Numbered from the stretch's first letter, positions 1 to 10,668 are shown. The stretch is 64,000 nt of DNA from Terriglobia bacterium (GCA_965206645.1 CBDBKE010000004.1:576001-640000), one strand, 5' to 3'. The notes: generated by a model from the sequence alone, not told the origin. Numbers and translations: made by a program.

Positions 1-317
1 TGCAGCGGCACTTCCGTGAAAAGTTACGGCGCTTTAATGCGATGACCCCGGAACAGCGCCAGCGCTTCCGCGGGCGGTACGAAACTTTCCACCGCTTGCC
101 TCCCGAGGCCCGGGACCGGATTCGCCGGGACGTCTTCCCTGCCTGGAGACACCTGCCGCGGGAGCGTCGTCAGGCGCTGATGAAAGAATTTCGCCTCCTG
201 CGCAGGATGCCCCCTGCCGAGCGCGAGCGCCGCTTCGGCGAGGAGACTTTCGGCAAACGCTTCTCCCCCAAAGAGCAGCGCCTGCTGCGCCACCTCGTTA
301 CCCTTCCCTCGTCTTAA
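1..317 (+). CDS. DUF3106-like helical repeat protein, 5'-truncated by window edge
   Basis: Frame is open from base 3 (QRHFREKLRRFNAMTPEQRQ...); repeated [FW]xx[LM]PPExR units. Confidence 0.6.
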   Translation, partial: QRHFREKLRRFNAMTPEQRQRFRGRYETFHRLPPEARDRIRRDVFPAWRHLPRERRQALMKEFRLLRRMPPAERERRFGEETFGKRFSPKEQRLLRHLVTLPSS

Positions 318-407
318 TCCGACAGGATCAGTGGGAATTGCCGGAAATTGCGCGGAAACTGAACGCAGCGTCCGGCCCCACGCTGGATAGGAAGGAAGGC
401 AGCTTGT

Positions 408-1838
408 TCAGTGCCGGAGCGGGGGGCTGGCTGAGGCTTGGGCGGATACCCGAACTTCCATGCAGGGCCGAGCTGAGGGGAACATTTTTTCCGGGTTCAA
501 GTTGCCGGCCGGGTTGAAGACCTCCCGGATCCGCGACATCACTCCCAGGTCGTCGTCGCTGAACAGGGCCGGCATCAGATCCCGCTTCTCCAGTCCCACG
601 CCATGCTCTCCGGTGATAGAGCCGCCGACCTGGATGCAATAGTTCAAGATCTCCGTTCCGGCCGCCACCACTTTTTCGTAGTCACCCGGACGGCGGCCGT
701 CAAACAGGATGAGCGGGTGCAGGTTGCCGTCGCCAGCGTGGAAGATGTTGCAGATGGTCAGCCCGTAGCGCTGGCTGGCTTCCTGGATGACCCGCATCGC
801 CTCGGGCAGCTTGCTGCGCGGGACCACACCGTCTTGCACGTAGAAGTGAGTGGCCACGCGGCCGATGGCGCCGAAGGCGTTCTTGCGCCCCATCCAGAGC
901 AACTCGCGCTCGCGCTCGCTACGCGCCACCCGCACCTCTCGCGCACCGCAATGGCCGCAGACTTCGGCCACCTGCTCGACCTGCCACTCGACTTGCTCCT
1001 GCAGCCCTTCTAGCTCAATCAGCAGCGCCGCGCCGGCATCCTGCGGGTAGCCCGCGTGGCAGTACTGCTCGACGATCCGAAGCGTGTGGTCGTCCAACAT
1101 TTCCAGCGCGGCCGGGGTAATGGTGCGCGCGGTGATCTCGGCCACGGCGCGGCTGGCATCATCCACCGAGTGGAAAACACCCAGCAGGGTCTTCACCGCC
1201 TCATGTGCCCGCAGCAACCGCACCACCACCTGGGTGACAATACCCAGGGTGCCCTCCGAACCAACCAGCAGTCCCGTCAGGTCGTAGCCGGGAAGATCCA
1301 GCTCTTTTCCGCCGGTGTGGATCACGCTCCCGTCGGGCAGCACGACCTCTAGGCCCACCACATGGTTGGTAGTGACCCCGTAGGCGAGCGTGTGCGGGCC
1401 GCCGGCATTCTCGGCCACGTTGCCGCCGATGGTGCAGGCCTTCTGGCTGGATGGGTCCGGCGCGAAGAAGTACCCCGAGGGTAGCACCGCCTGGGTGATG
1501 TCCAGGTTCACCACTCCCGCTTGAACCACGGCGCGGAAGTTCTCCAGGTCCAGCTCCACGATGCGGTTCATGCGCGAGAAGCCGATGACAATGCCGCCAC
1601 TAATGGGAATGGCGCCACCGCTGAGTCCGGTACCGGCGCCGCGCGCCACCAGCGGCACCCCTTGGCGCGCTGCCAGCTTCACCACCTCTACCACCTGCCC
1701 CGTTGTGCGTGGGAACACCACCGTGTCCGGCGTGGACTTGCTCGCGCCGCCGTCATACTCATAAAGCATCAGATCTTCGGGCTGGTGGAGGACGGCCTCA
1801 GGCCCCAGGATCTCCTGAAGCTGCTGAACAAGCAGCAT
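408..1838 (-). CDS. glcD: FAD-linked oxidase, glycolate oxidase subunit GlcD family
   Basis: RGAGTGLSGGA, PDPSSQKACTIGGNVAENAGG, GSEGTLG, HAGDGNLHP, GEHGVG and LNPEKMF motifs. Confidence 0.85.
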   Translation of the reverse strand: MLLVQQLQEILGPEAVLHQPEDLMLYEYDGGASKSTPDTVVFPRTTGQVVEVVKLAARQGVPLVARGAGTGLSGGAIPISGGIVIGFSRMNRIVELDLENFRAVVQAGVVNLDITQAVLPSGYFFAPDPSSQKACTIGGNVAENAGGPHTLAYGVTTNHVVGLEVVLPDGSVIHTGGKELDLPGYDLTGLLVGSEGTLGIVTQVVVRLLRAHEAVKTLLGVFHSVDDASRAVAEITARTITPAALEMLDDHTLRIVEQYCHAGYPQDAGAALLIELEGLQEQVEWQVEQVAEVCGHCGAREVRVARSERERELLWMGRKNAFGAIGRVATHFYVQDGVVPRSKLPEAMRVIQEASQRYGLTICNIFHAGDGNLHPLILFDGRRPGDYEKVVAAGTEILNYCIQVGGSITGEHGVGLEKRDLMPALFSDDDLGVMSRIREVFNPAGNLNPEKMFPSARPCMEVRVSAQASASPPLRH

Positions 1839-1887
1839 ACGAACCTTATTGTATCACCCACGCCGTAGCGGCCACCGTCAGTGCCTG

Positions 1888-2568
1888 TCAGGAACGCGCT
1901 GGGGTTAGGCGGGGGTTAGACCGCATGGCGCTTGACTTCCCCACCAGGTGGTCGGCCAGCCGGGTGGGACGCGGCAGGCGATAGCCATCGCCGCAGGCCA
2001 GGACAAAACGGATGGCGCTCGAGAGCGACACCCGGTGCCCCACGGAGACAAAAATGGGGCGCACACCGGTGCGGGATCGCAGCGCCGCGCCGATCACCCG
2101 GCCGCGGTCGCGCAGATGGGTCACGGCGCCGCGGGTGCCTCCCAGCTGGCCGTGTCGGCCAACCAGAATGGATTTGGCACAGCCAACCGTGGGCAGCTCC
2201 AGCGTCAGGCCCAGGTGGGACACCAAGCCGCAGCGGCGCGGGTGAGCATAGCCGTGCCCGTCCACCAGCAGCAGGTCGGGGCGCGTGTGCAACCCGGCCA
2301 CTGCGTCGGCCACCGCCGGCGCTTCGCGAAAGGTCAGCAACCCGGGCACGTAGGGGAACAGAATCGGGCGGCAAACCCAGGAGCGCTCCACTTCTTCCAG
2401 CGAGGGAAACCGAAACACCAGCACTGCAGCGTAGGCCAGACGCCGCACGGGGTCAAAGGCTACGTCCGCGCCGGCGACGTAGCGTACCTTGCCAAAGGCG
2501 TCGCGGCGCACGACGCTATGACGTAGCTGCTCTTGCAAAGCGACAGCGGCGGTGGTGCTCAAGGGCAT
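1888..2568 (-). CDS. nfi: Endonuclease V
   Basis: AGADV, FPYVPGLLTFRE, DGHGYAHPRRCG, GCAKS, SVGH and RLPRPTRLAD motifs. Confidence 0.93.
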   Translation of the reverse strand: MPLSTTAAVALQEQLRHSVVRRDAFGKVRYVAGADVAFDPVRRLAYAAVLVFRFPSLEEVERSWVCRPILFPYVPGLLTFREAPAVADAVAGLHTRPDLLLVDGHGYAHPRRCGLVSHLGLTLELPTVGCAKSILVGRHGQLGGTRGAVTHLRDRGRVIGAALRSRTGVRPIFVSVGHRVSLSSAIRFVLACGDGYRLPRPTRLADHLVGKSSAMRSNPRLTPARS

Positions 2569-2831
2569 GTTAGAGTTTGGGCGCCGAGCCTCAGAAAATG
2601 TTTGTGCTCGGCCGCAATCGAGTGTAGCTTAGCAGCTTCGTGCAGGAAACCCGACAGCTCCCGAAGAGGCGGGGATCTCGAGAATGCTCCTGGAGCGCCA
2701 TCTCGGCGTCTTTTGCCAGTCCTGCTACCAGCCCTGCTGCCGGCCCTGCTGCTTGCGGGTTGCTCCTTTGTGAGTGACCGCGGAGCGCGTGGAATCGAAC
2801 TCGTGCGGGAGAACAAGCACCTAGGTTCACG

Positions 2832-3533
2832 ATGACGCCTGACAGCTTAGAGTTGCGCGGCCGGCGCTTGCAATTGTTTTCCAGCCACCTGACGCAGCGC
2901 GTTTACGATCGCGCGGCACCACTGTATCCGCTCACAGCCTTGCTGTTCCACAGCCGCGCTCACCGCCGGGCTCTCGAACTAGCCGGCCCTCTGGAAGGAC
3001 GAACCGTGTTGGAAGTGGCCGTCGGTTCCGGCGATCTGTTCCGAAAGCTGCTGAAGCGCAACCGAACCGGACTGAGTGTAGGCGTGGACCTCTCCCCGGG
3101 CATGGTCTCAGTAACGAAGAGGCGGCTGAACGGCGCCCATGGCCGCAACGGCAGCCGAAACAACGGCTACGGACAGTTCTCGCTGCAGGCGGTGGATGCG
3201 CGCCAGATGCCCTTCCCTTCGGGCACCTTCGATGCCCTGTTCAACTGCTACCTGTTTTGTCTGCTCTCCCCAGGTGACATACAGCGCACCATCAGCGAAT
3301 TCCACCGCGTGCTGCGGCCGGGCGGCAAGCTGCTAATGGTGAACGACGGCGAGGGCAGCCGCGCGTTCAACGCCATCTATGGCTCCCTGGGCTCCGCCGT
3401 GCCTTCTTATTGGGGCCGCCGGGTGGCCGCCCAGGTGCCAGGCTTCTTGGAGGACGGCGGCTTTCGCATCCGGCACCATGAGGTGGTTTCCCAAACCTTC
3501 TATCCCTCCTCGGTGATCCTGGCCGAACGCTAG
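2832..3533 (+). CDS. Class I SAM-dependent methyltransferase
   Basis: VLEVAVGSG, GVDLSPGM, DARQMPFPSGTFD and RVLRPGG motifs. Confidence 0.85.
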   Translation: MTPDSLELRGRRLQLFSSHLTQRVYDRAAPLYPLTALLFHSRAHRRALELAGPLEGRTVLEVAVGSGDLFRKLLKRNRTGLSVGVDLSPGMVSVTKRRLNGAHGRNGSRNNGYGQFSLQAVDARQMPFPSGTFDALFNCYLFCLLSPGDIQRTISEFHRVLRPGGKLLMVNDGEGSRAFNAIYGSLGSAVPSYWGRRVAAQVPGFLEDGGFRIRHHEVVSQTFYPSSVILAER

Positions 3534-3536
3534 GCA

Positions 3537-4316
3537 ATGCAGGCCCCGATCCGACGGTGGGTCCAGATCTTTCTGGCGGGCGCCTTGATTGTGTTCGCCC
3601 TTCGGCTGGCACATATCTTCTACCAGCGAAGCCGCCCGCCACAGCCACCGCGCTCATCCGAGGTGGCCTCCCGCCCGGTTCCCGCCGATTATTACGTCCA
3701 CATTCCGCGCGCCTATCTCTCCACCTTCCGCAGCGCGCAGAAGCTCAAAGGGAGCGTGGTCTGGATACGCGACGGCTACCGGTATGGGCACTTCCCCTTT
3801 CACGCTCGCCGGCGCCGCAGCCGCGAAATCGAGGATCCCCCGCTGCTGGCGCCGATTCAGAGAATCACCATCGCCGAGGTGGTCCGCGAGCCCACCGAAC
3901 GGCGAGGCATGGACGAAATCAACGTTATCTTCGAAGACCCGGCCGCCTCGCCAACGCTCTCGCCAACGCTCTCGCCGACGTTCTCACCAACGCTGCGCGC
4001 CATCACCATCGGGCACTGTGACCGTCGCCGTGACTCGTGCCGTTTTTACTTTGACGAGATGTTCTTCCTGAAAGACCCCAGGGAGCTTTACTCGCACTGG
4101 CCGCCGGAAGCCTGGGAAGCCGTCGGGCGCGGGGAGGTGCAAGAAGGAATGAGTGAGACGCAGATTTCGTTTGCAGTGGGCTTCGGACGCCTGCTCCCTA
4201 AGGAAACAGCCGCCGCAGAAAGTGACCGGGTGGTGGAGTTTCGGCCTCCGGGGCGTCCGCCGCTGGTGGTCACCTTTGGCGCCGACGGCAACGCCCGCCG
4301 CATCCAGGCCCAGTGA
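3537..4316 (+). CDS. Membrane-anchored hypothetical protein
   Basis: N-terminal TM helix; C-terminal EVQEGMSETQISFAVG segment resembles SmpA/BamE-like folds; starts 3 nt after the methyltransferase stop. Confidence 0.7.
   Translation: MQAPIRRWVQIFLAGALIVFALRLAHIFYQRSRPPQPPRSSEVASRPVPADYYVHIPRAYLSTFRSAQKLKGSVVWIRDGYRYGHFPFHARRRRSREIEDPPLLAPIQRITIAEVVREPTERRGMDEINVIFEDPAASPTLSPTLSPTFSPTLRAITIGHCDRRRDSCRFYFDEMFFLKDPRELYSHWPPEAWEAVGRGEVQEGMSETQISFAVGFGRLLPKETAAAESDRVVEFRPPGRPPLVVTFGADGNARRIQAQ
3948..3995 (+). repeat. 12-bp in-frame tandem repeat x4 (SPTL/SPTF)
   Basis: tcgccaacgctc tcgccaacgctc tcgccgacgttc tcaccaacgctg. Confidence 0.9.
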
Positions 4317-4469
4317 AACCAGGCGCAGTGAGACTGCTGCCCCCTTCTCCCGCCGCGAGGGGAATGCGAAAGTTGATCCACTTGGGTCGGCGCCCGGCGT
4401 AAGATCTTAGGGGAAATCGGCCTTCACGCTGAATCACGTTTGGAAACGGCTACTGGCTGAGCAAGTTCC

Positions 4470-5429
4470 ATGCCGCAATTTTTTTTGGGGGTCGACGGTG
4501 GCCAGTCCTCCACCATCGCGCTCATTGGGGATGAACGCGGTGTAGTGATCGGCTACGGGGCGGCTGGCCCATCGAACCACGTGGCTGGACCGGGCGGCCG
4601 GGCGCGGTTGCGCCAGGCCCTGCTGACCTCGGTCTCCGCCGCCTGGAACAACTCCCCGTTCGGCGGAACCAAAGGGCTACCCCAGTTTGAAAGCGCTTTC
4701 TTTGGGATGGCCGGCGGGGCTGAGGACAAGGTGGTCCTCATCCGGCAGTGGATTTCGGCACGCCGCTTGGAAGTCTCCCACGACGCGGCTGGCGCACTGA
4801 TCGGAGCGACGGAAGGGCGACCCGGCATCATTGTGGTCGCCGGGACCGGCTCGATCGCCTTCGGGATGAACGGCCGTGGGAAAACAGCGCGAGCTGGCGG
4901 CTGGGGTTACTTGATTGGCGACGCCGGGAGTGGGTTGGACGTGGCACGATCGGCGCTGGTCGCGGCTCTGCGGCACGAGGAGGGCTGGGGGCCGCCGACG
5001 CAACTGCGTGAGCGCCTCCTCGCCTTCACCGGCGCGACCGGCCTCAACGAGGCACTCCACAAGTGGTACACCGCGGAGTTCCCACGCGAGCGGGTGGCAT
5101 CTTTCTCGCGGCAGGTGGATCAGGCGGCGCGCGCCGGTGACCGGGTGGCGCGCGAAATCCTGCGCTCGGGGGCCGGCGAACTGGCGCAGTTGGTGGCTCG
5201 CGTCCGCCGCCGCATCTTCCGCCCGCGAGAACATGCGCTGGTCTCCTACAGTGGCGGCGTCTTCAAGAGCACACTGGTACGGGACCGCTTCCGCCGGTTG
5301 GTCGGGCAGCAGGGCTACCACCGCGTGCTGCCGCCCGCGCTCGCCCCTGCAACCGGCGCCCTGCTGGCCGCCTATCGCAACGCCGGCCGGGCCGACGTCA
5401 AGCTACGAAACGTGCCGCCGGAGTTGTAG
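4470..5429 (+). CDS. BadF/BadG/BcrA/BcrD-family ATPase (N-acetylglucosamine kinase-like)
   Basis: LGVDGGQSST, VAGTGSIA, RAGGWGYLIGDAGSG and YSGGVF motifs. Confidence 0.85.
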   Translation: MPQFFLGVDGGQSSTIALIGDERGVVIGYGAAGPSNHVAGPGGRARLRQALLTSVSAAWNNSPFGGTKGLPQFESAFFGMAGGAEDKVVLIRQWISARRLEVSHDAAGALIGATEGRPGIIVVAGTGSIAFGMNGRGKTARAGGWGYLIGDAGSGLDVARSALVAALRHEEGWGPPTQLRERLLAFTGATGLNEALHKWYTAEFPRERVASFSRQVDQAARAGDRVAREILRSGAGELAQLVARVRRRIFRPREHALVSYSGGVFKSTLVRDRFRRLVGQQGYHRVLPPALAPATGALLAAYRNAGRADVKLRNVPPEL

Positions 5430-5491
5430 CGCGCCCTGTCCCACAGGGCAGCTCAGCTGCTGTGGCAACCCGCCTTGGCTTGGCGGCTGGG

Positions 5492-5773
5492 CTAGCTGGC
5501 CAACCGCTTCTGGATTTGCTGCTCGTAGTCAGGGAAGTAGCGCGCGATGACCGAAAGGTCAAACTGGCTGAGAATGGACTCCTTGGGTTCACGTTCCAGG
5601 AGGAACTCGAAGGACCGTCGAACCAGCTCCTCCGCCGAGATGTTCCCTCCGCTCAGCTTCCCATAGTACTCTTGCCGGACTGTGACACGGTGGGCGGACT
5701 GGCTCCTGCCTTCCGTAACCGTCACCAGGAACTCGCCTTCTTTCTTCTTCTCTACCTGAACAGTTGCAGGCAT
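5492..5773 (-). CDS. Small hypothetical protein
   Basis: Protein-like composition (SFEFLLEREPKESILSQFDLSVIARYFPDYE); GAGG Shine-Dalgarno (SD) upstream. Confidence 0.7.
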   Translation of the reverse strand: MPATVQVEKKKEGEFLVTVTEGRSQSAHRVTVRQEYYGKLSGGNISAEELVRRSFEFLLEREPKESILSQFDLSVIARYFPDYEQQIQKRLAS

Positions 5774-6048
5774 CGCCTCAGGTCAAACCTCTCGGTTATT
5801 CAGATTCCTCACACACGACGCTGGCCAACGCTTGCCAACTTCGGCCCAGCTTTGACCCAACTGCTGCCCAACTGCGGCAAAGAAAGCCAACTCGGGTAGC
5901 CATCCTAGCTCAGGTTCCGCGCAAAGCGTATGGCAAATCCACAGGTTCCTCAGCCGGATGACGCGGCCTTTCCCAACTGCGAATCGTTTGTAGCCTCGAT
6001 GGGAACGCGCCAGCCGACCGGCGGTTTCTGTTACAATCCGGTCTGAGC

Positions 6049-9000
6049 ATGAGCCGGCAGCAATTCGTTCACCTGCACCTGCACACAGACTACAGCTTGC
6101 TCGATGGCGCCTGTCGCATTGAGAAGCTGGTGGAAAAGGCCCGGGAGCAAGGCATGCCCGCCGTGGCGGTCACCGACCATGGCAACCTGTTTGCCGCCTT
6201 CAAGTTCTACGAGGCGGCCCAGAAGGCGGACATTAAGCCCATCCTCGGCTGTGAGGTATACGTGGCTCGGGGCAGCCGCCACAGCCGCTCCGAGCAGGAC
6301 CGCTACAACCACCTGCTGCTGCTTTGCCAGGATCAAACCGGATACCGGAACCTTAGCAAGTTGGTTTCGGCCAGCCACCTGGAAGGCTTTTACTACAAGC
6401 CGCGGGTCGACAAAGAATTGCTGGCGCAGCACAGCCGCGGGTTGATCTGCCTGTCTGCTTGCTTGCGCGGCGAGATTGCCGAGGCACTGACCGCCGACCA
6501 GTACGACGCGGCCAAGCGCTTGGCTTACACCTTCCAGGACATCTTCGGGCGGGAGAACTTTTTCCTGGAGATGCAGGACCAGGGCCTGGAATTGGAACGC
6601 CACATCAATCCCCACTTGTACCGGCTCTCGCAGGAAACCAGCATTCCGGTGGTGGCCACCAACGATACCCACTACTTGGAGCGCGGTGACTCCCGAGCCC
6701 ACGACGTGCTGCTTTGCATCCAGACCGGCAAGACTGTGGGCGAATCCAACCGGATGCGGTTTTCCACTGAGGAGTTCTACCTGAAGTCCTATGCCGAAAT
6801 GCACCAGGTATTCAGGGAAATTCCGGAGGTCCTGGAGCGCACGCTGGAGATCGCCGAGCGCTGTCATCTGAAACTGGACCGGGTCGAGGAACCGTTCCCG
6901 CAGTTCGCAGTTCCGCAAGGCTATACGCTGGACTCCTACTTTGATCAAGTCACTCGGCAAGGGTTTGAGAAACGGCGCGCGAAGCTGGAAGAGCTGGCGC
7001 GCGCGGGGCCGGTGAAGCACACGCTGGCTGAATACGAGCAACGGCTGGCGCAGGAAATCGACATCATCCAAAGGATGAAGTTTTCGAGCTATTTTCTTAC
7101 CGTATGGGACTTTATCCAGTTCGCCAGAAGGAACGGAGTCCCCGTCGGTCCCGGACGCGGCTCGGCGGCCGGCAGCGTGGTGAGCTGGGCGTTGGAAATT
7201 ACTGACCTCGACCCCCTCCACTATGGCCTGCTGTTTGAGCGCTTCCTGAACCCGGAACGCGTCAGCCTCCCCGATATTGACATTGACTTTTGTATGAACC
7301 GGCGCGGTGAGGTGATTGATTACGTTACCGCCAAGTACGGGCGCGACAACGTGGCCCAGATCATCACCTTTGGCACGCTGGGGGCCAAGCAAGCCATTAA
7401 GGACGTGGGGCGCGTCATGGACGTACCCTACGGGGAGATGGATCGGCTGGCGAAGCTGGTTCCCAATGTACTGAACATCACGTTGGACGAGGCCCTGGCG
7501 CAATCGGCTCCGCTCAAGGACGCGGTGGCGCGGGACGGGCGCCTGCAGGAAGTGGTCGACACCGCGCGGCGGCTGGAAGGATTCGTCCGCAACGCGTCAG
7601 TCCACGCCGCCGGCGTGGTGATCTCCCCAAAGCCGCTGACCGAACTGGTGCCGCTCTACAAGACCAACAAGGACGAGATTGTCACCCAGTTCGACATGAA
7701 CGACCTGGAGCACGCCGGCTTGTTGAAGATGGACTTTTTGGGCCTGACCACACTGACCATCGTCGACGACACGCTTCGGCTGCTGCGCGCCCGAGGTGTG
7801 GACCTGACGCTGGAGGAGATCCCCCTCGACGATGCTGAGACCTATGCGCTGTTCAGCCGGGGCCAGACCAGCGGTGTGTTCCAGTTTGAGTCGGGTGGGA
7901 TGCGCGACCTGCTCCGCCGCTACCGGCCCACCCGCCTGGAAGACTTGATTGCGCTGAATGCGCTGTACCGTCCTGGGCCCATCCAGGGCGGGATGATTGA
8001 CGACTTCCTCAAGCGCAAGCGCGGCGACCGTCCGGTGACATACGAGTTATCGGAACTGCGCGAGATTTTGGAAGAGACCTTCGGGGTCATCGTTTACCAG
8101 GAGCAGGTGATGCAGATCGCCCACCGCCTGGCCGGATATTCTCTGGGTGAAGCGGACCTGCTCCGCCGGGCCATGGGAAAAAAGAAACCCGAGGAGATGG
8201 CCGCGCAGCGCGAACGCTTCGTCAAGGGTGCCGTGTCGCGAGGCTTCCAGGAGAGAAAAGTTGCGCGAATTTTCGATTTGATGGAGCAGTTCGCCGGCTA
8301 CGGCTTCAACAAATCGCACTCGGCGGCCTATGCCTATCTGGCCTACATCACCGCCTATTTGAAAGCGCACCACCCGGTAGAGTTCATGGCCGCGCTGCTG
8401 ACCTCGGAAACCGGCAACACCGATAAGGTGGTGCGCTACATCAACGAGTGCCGGGAGATGGGGGTAACGGTGCTGCCGCCCGACGTTAATGTGAGCGAGA
8501 TTGACTTCACGCCCGCCGGCAAGGCGATCCGCTTCGGGCTTCGCGCCATCAAGAATGTCGGCGAGCAGGCCATCCGGGCGGTGCTGGAGGCTCGCAGTCA
8601 GCTCGGCCGCTTCACTTCCCTGCTCCAGTTCTGCGAAAAAGTGGAGTTGCGCTACCTGAACAAACGGGCTCTGGAAAGTCTGATCCGGGCTGGAGCAATG
8701 GATTCGCTCGGCGGCCGGCGCGCGCAGTTGATGGCCGGGCTGGACCGCGCGTTGGAGGCTGGTGCCAAGGTGCAGCGGGACCGTGAATCGGGCCAGCAGG
8801 GCCTGTTCAGCTTGCCTGCGACGGGTGCGTCCGTGGATCCCCACGGGCAGTTACCCGACGTTCCGGAATGGGAGGAGCGCCAGCTTCTAGCTGCCGAAAA
8901 GGAGACACTGGGGTTTTACGTGAGCGGCCATCCCCTGGCCTCGTATCTGGAGAAGCTGCGCGAGATTTGCTCGGCGGACACGGCCAGCCTGGAGAACCAC

Positions 9001-9510
9001 CCCGCCGGTGAAGAGGTGACCCTCGGCGGGCTCATTGCTGGCCTTCGCCAGATGCGTAGCAAGAAGGGTGACCCCTGGGCGATCGTTCAGCTAGAAGACC
9101 TGCACGGGTTCGTAGACCTGATGATCTTCCCGGAAACCTACCGGCGCGTCTCGGAGCGGATGCAGGCCGATGCAGCGGTCTTTGTGCGCGGTCGTGTCCT
9201 TACCGAAGAAAATACACCACCGAAGATCGCCGTGAGCGACATGGTGGCCCTGGACGCGGTGGAAGCGAAGCTACCGGAGAATCTGATCATTCGCATTCGG
9301 CTAAGCGCCAACGGGTCCGGTAACGGCGCCGCCCAGCGCCTGGCCGACCTGTTCAAGCGCAAGCCCGGCCGGGCCAACGTGCGGCTGGAAATCATCCGCG
9401 AAGGCAACTTCCGTGTCACCTTAGAGCCGACCCTGAAGGTCCGGCCTGACAAGGAATTTCTGTCCGCGGTGGAGACCATCTGCGGCAAAGGCTCGGTGGT
9501 AGTGATCTAG
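6049..9510 (+). CDS. dnaE: DNA polymerase III alpha subunit
   Basis: PHP domain HLHLHTDYSLLDG; GRGSAAGS; PDIDIDF; FNKSHSAAY; C-terminal OB fold. Confidence 0.98.
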   Translation: MSRQQFVHLHLHTDYSLLDGACRIEKLVEKAREQGMPAVAVTDHGNLFAAFKFYEAAQKADIKPILGCEVYVARGSRHSRSEQDRYNHLLLLCQDQTGYRNLSKLVSASHLEGFYYKPRVDKELLAQHSRGLICLSACLRGEIAEALTADQYDAAKRLAYTFQDIFGRENFFLEMQDQGLELERHINPHLYRLSQETSIPVVATNDTHYLERGDSRAHDVLLCIQTGKTVGESNRMRFSTEEFYLKSYAEMHQVFREIPEVLERTLEIAERCHLKLDRVEEPFPQFAVPQGYTLDSYFDQVTRQGFEKRRAKLEELARAGPVKHTLAEYEQRLAQEIDIIQRMKFSSYFLTVWDFIQFARRNGVPVGPGRGSAAGSVVSWALEITDLDPLHYGLLFERFLNPERVSLPDIDIDFCMNRRGEVIDYVTAKYGRDNVAQIITFGTLGAKQAIKDVGRVMDVPYGEMDRLAKLVPNVLNITLDEALAQSAPLKDAVARDGRLQEVVDTARRLEGFVRNASVHAAGVVISPKPLTELVPLYKTNKDEIVTQFDMNDLEHAGLLKMDFLGLTTLTIVDDTLRLLRARGVDLTLEEIPLDDAETYALFSRGQTSGVFQFESGGMRDLLRRYRPTRLEDLIALNALYRPGPIQGGMIDDFLKRKRGDRPVTYELSELREILEETFGVIVYQEQVMQIAHRLAGYSLGEADLLRRAMGKKKPEEMAAQRERFVKGAVSRGFQERKVARIFDLMEQFAGYGFNKSHSAAYAYLAYITAYLKAHHPVEFMAALLTSETGNTDKVVRYINECREMGVTVLPPDVNVSEIDFTPAGKAIRFGLRAIKNVGEQAIRAVLEARSQLGRFTSLLQFCEKVELRYLNKRALESLIRAGAMDSLGGRRAQLMAGLDRALEAGAKVQRDRESGQQGLFSLPATGASVDPHGQLPDVPEWEERQLLAAEKETLGFYVSGHPLASYLEKLREICSADTASLENHPAGEEVTLGGLIAGLRQMRSKKGDPWAIVQLEDLHGFVDLMIFPETYRRVSERMQADAAVFVRGRVLTEENTPPKIAVSDMVALDAVEAKLPENLIIRIRLSANGSGNGAAQRLADLFKRKPGRANVRLEIIREGNFRVTLEPTLKVRPDKEFLSAVETICGKGSVVVI

Positions 9511-9676
9511 CAGCCTGCGTAAGAAACGGCCCAGTTGTCACTCCGAGCGAAGCGAGGAATCTGCTTTGCAACTTCACGCCTCGCTGGACAAGCAAATTGC
9601 GCGGGCCAACCGGCGGCTCCGGCGAAGCCCGCCCTCGGAATGACACTCTGGAAAGGGTTCTCGGCATCCTGACAGG
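9507..9676. repeat. REP-like palindrome inside a degenerate MITE-like element between dnaE and accA
   Basis: Arms tgtcactccgag (9536) and ctcggaatgaca (9634-9645) are 11/12 complementary; 9536-9567 matches 28479-28510 at 29/32 nt. Confidence 0.7.
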
Positions 9677-9705
9677 AATCTGCGGAAAGGTTTTCCACAA
9701 AAGAA

Positions 9706-10668
9706 ATGTCGTCTGAGCCGGAGCAGCCTGGTAGAGATCTGGAGGCCGTCGAGAAAGAGATTCGGGAACTGGAGCAACTCAGCCAGGAACCGGCCGCGCA
9801 GGAGCGGCTTCGGCATCTTCATACCATGGTGGAACAGATGCGGACCAACCAGGACAGCGGGCCACCGGCAGCATGGCGGAGCGTCCAGCTGGCGCGACAC
9901 CCGCAACGCCCATATTTCCTGGACTTGGTAGGATTGGTGTTCCAAGATTTCAGCGAAGTCCATGGCGATCGCAATTTCGCCGACGACCCGGCCATCGTCT
10001 GCGGCATGGCCCGCTTCCACGGTCGGCGAGTAGTCGCCCTGGGCCACCAGAAAGGGCGAACCACCAAGGACAAGTTGCGCCGCAACTTCGGAATGAGCAA
10101 GCCGGAGGGCTATCGCAAGGCCCTGCGGGTGATGCAGTTTGCCGCCAAGTTCGGGTGCCCTATCCTCACCTTTCTGGACACGCCTGGCGCCTACCCGGGC
10201 ACGGACGCCGAGGCGCGCGGACAGGCCGAAGCCATCGCCCGCAATCTGCGGGAGATGGCTCGACTGCCGGTGCCTATCGTGGTGACCTGCATTGGGGAGG
10301 GGGGTAGCGGCGGCGCGCTGGGCATTGGAGTGGGCGACCACATCCTGATCTTGGAGAACGCCATCTACAGCGTGATTTCCCCAGAGAGTTGCGCAGCCAT
10401 TATCTGGCGCGATTCAGGAAAAGCCGACTTGGCCTCCCAAGCGTTGAAGCTGACGCCACAGGACCTGCTCGGCCTGAAGCTGATAGACGAAATTGTTCCG
10501 GAACCGCCGCACGGTGCCCACACTGACCACCGGGCGGCCGCCGCTCTGCTGGAACCCGTCCTGGAACGCTGCCTGACCGAGCTGGAGCGCATTCCGCCGC
10601 GAGACCTGTTGGAACGCCGGCGGCAAAAATTCCGCAATATGGCGCAGTATTTCGAGAGCGAAGTCTAA
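9706..10668 (+). CDS. accA: Acetyl-CoA carboxylase carboxyltransferase alpha subunit
   Basis: ARHPQRP, HGDR, RNFGM, PEGYRKA, DTPGAYPG, GEGGSGGA and ISPESCA motifs. Confidence 0.97.
   Translation: MSSEPEQPGRDLEAVEKEIRELEQLSQEPAAQERLRHLHTMVEQMRTNQDSGPPAAWRSVQLARHPQRPYFLDLVGLVFQDFSEVHGDRNFADDPAIVCGMARFHGRRVVALGHQKGRTTKDKLRRNFGMSKPEGYRKALRVMQFAAKFGCPILTFLDTPGAYPGTDAEARGQAEAIARNLREMARLPVPIVVTCIGEGGSGGALGIGVGDHILILENAIYSVISPESCAAIIWRDSGKADLASQALKLTPQDLLGLKLIDEIVPEPPHGAHTDHRAAAALLEPVLERCLTELERIPPRDLLERRRQKFRNMAQYFESEV

Noticed and set aside
6031-8844. Long antisense ORFs (e.g. 6031-7503, 8047-8844; also 24279-25475, 33191-34489, 52844-54010)
   Set aside because: These are shadow frames of high-GC3 genes with no recognisable motifs.
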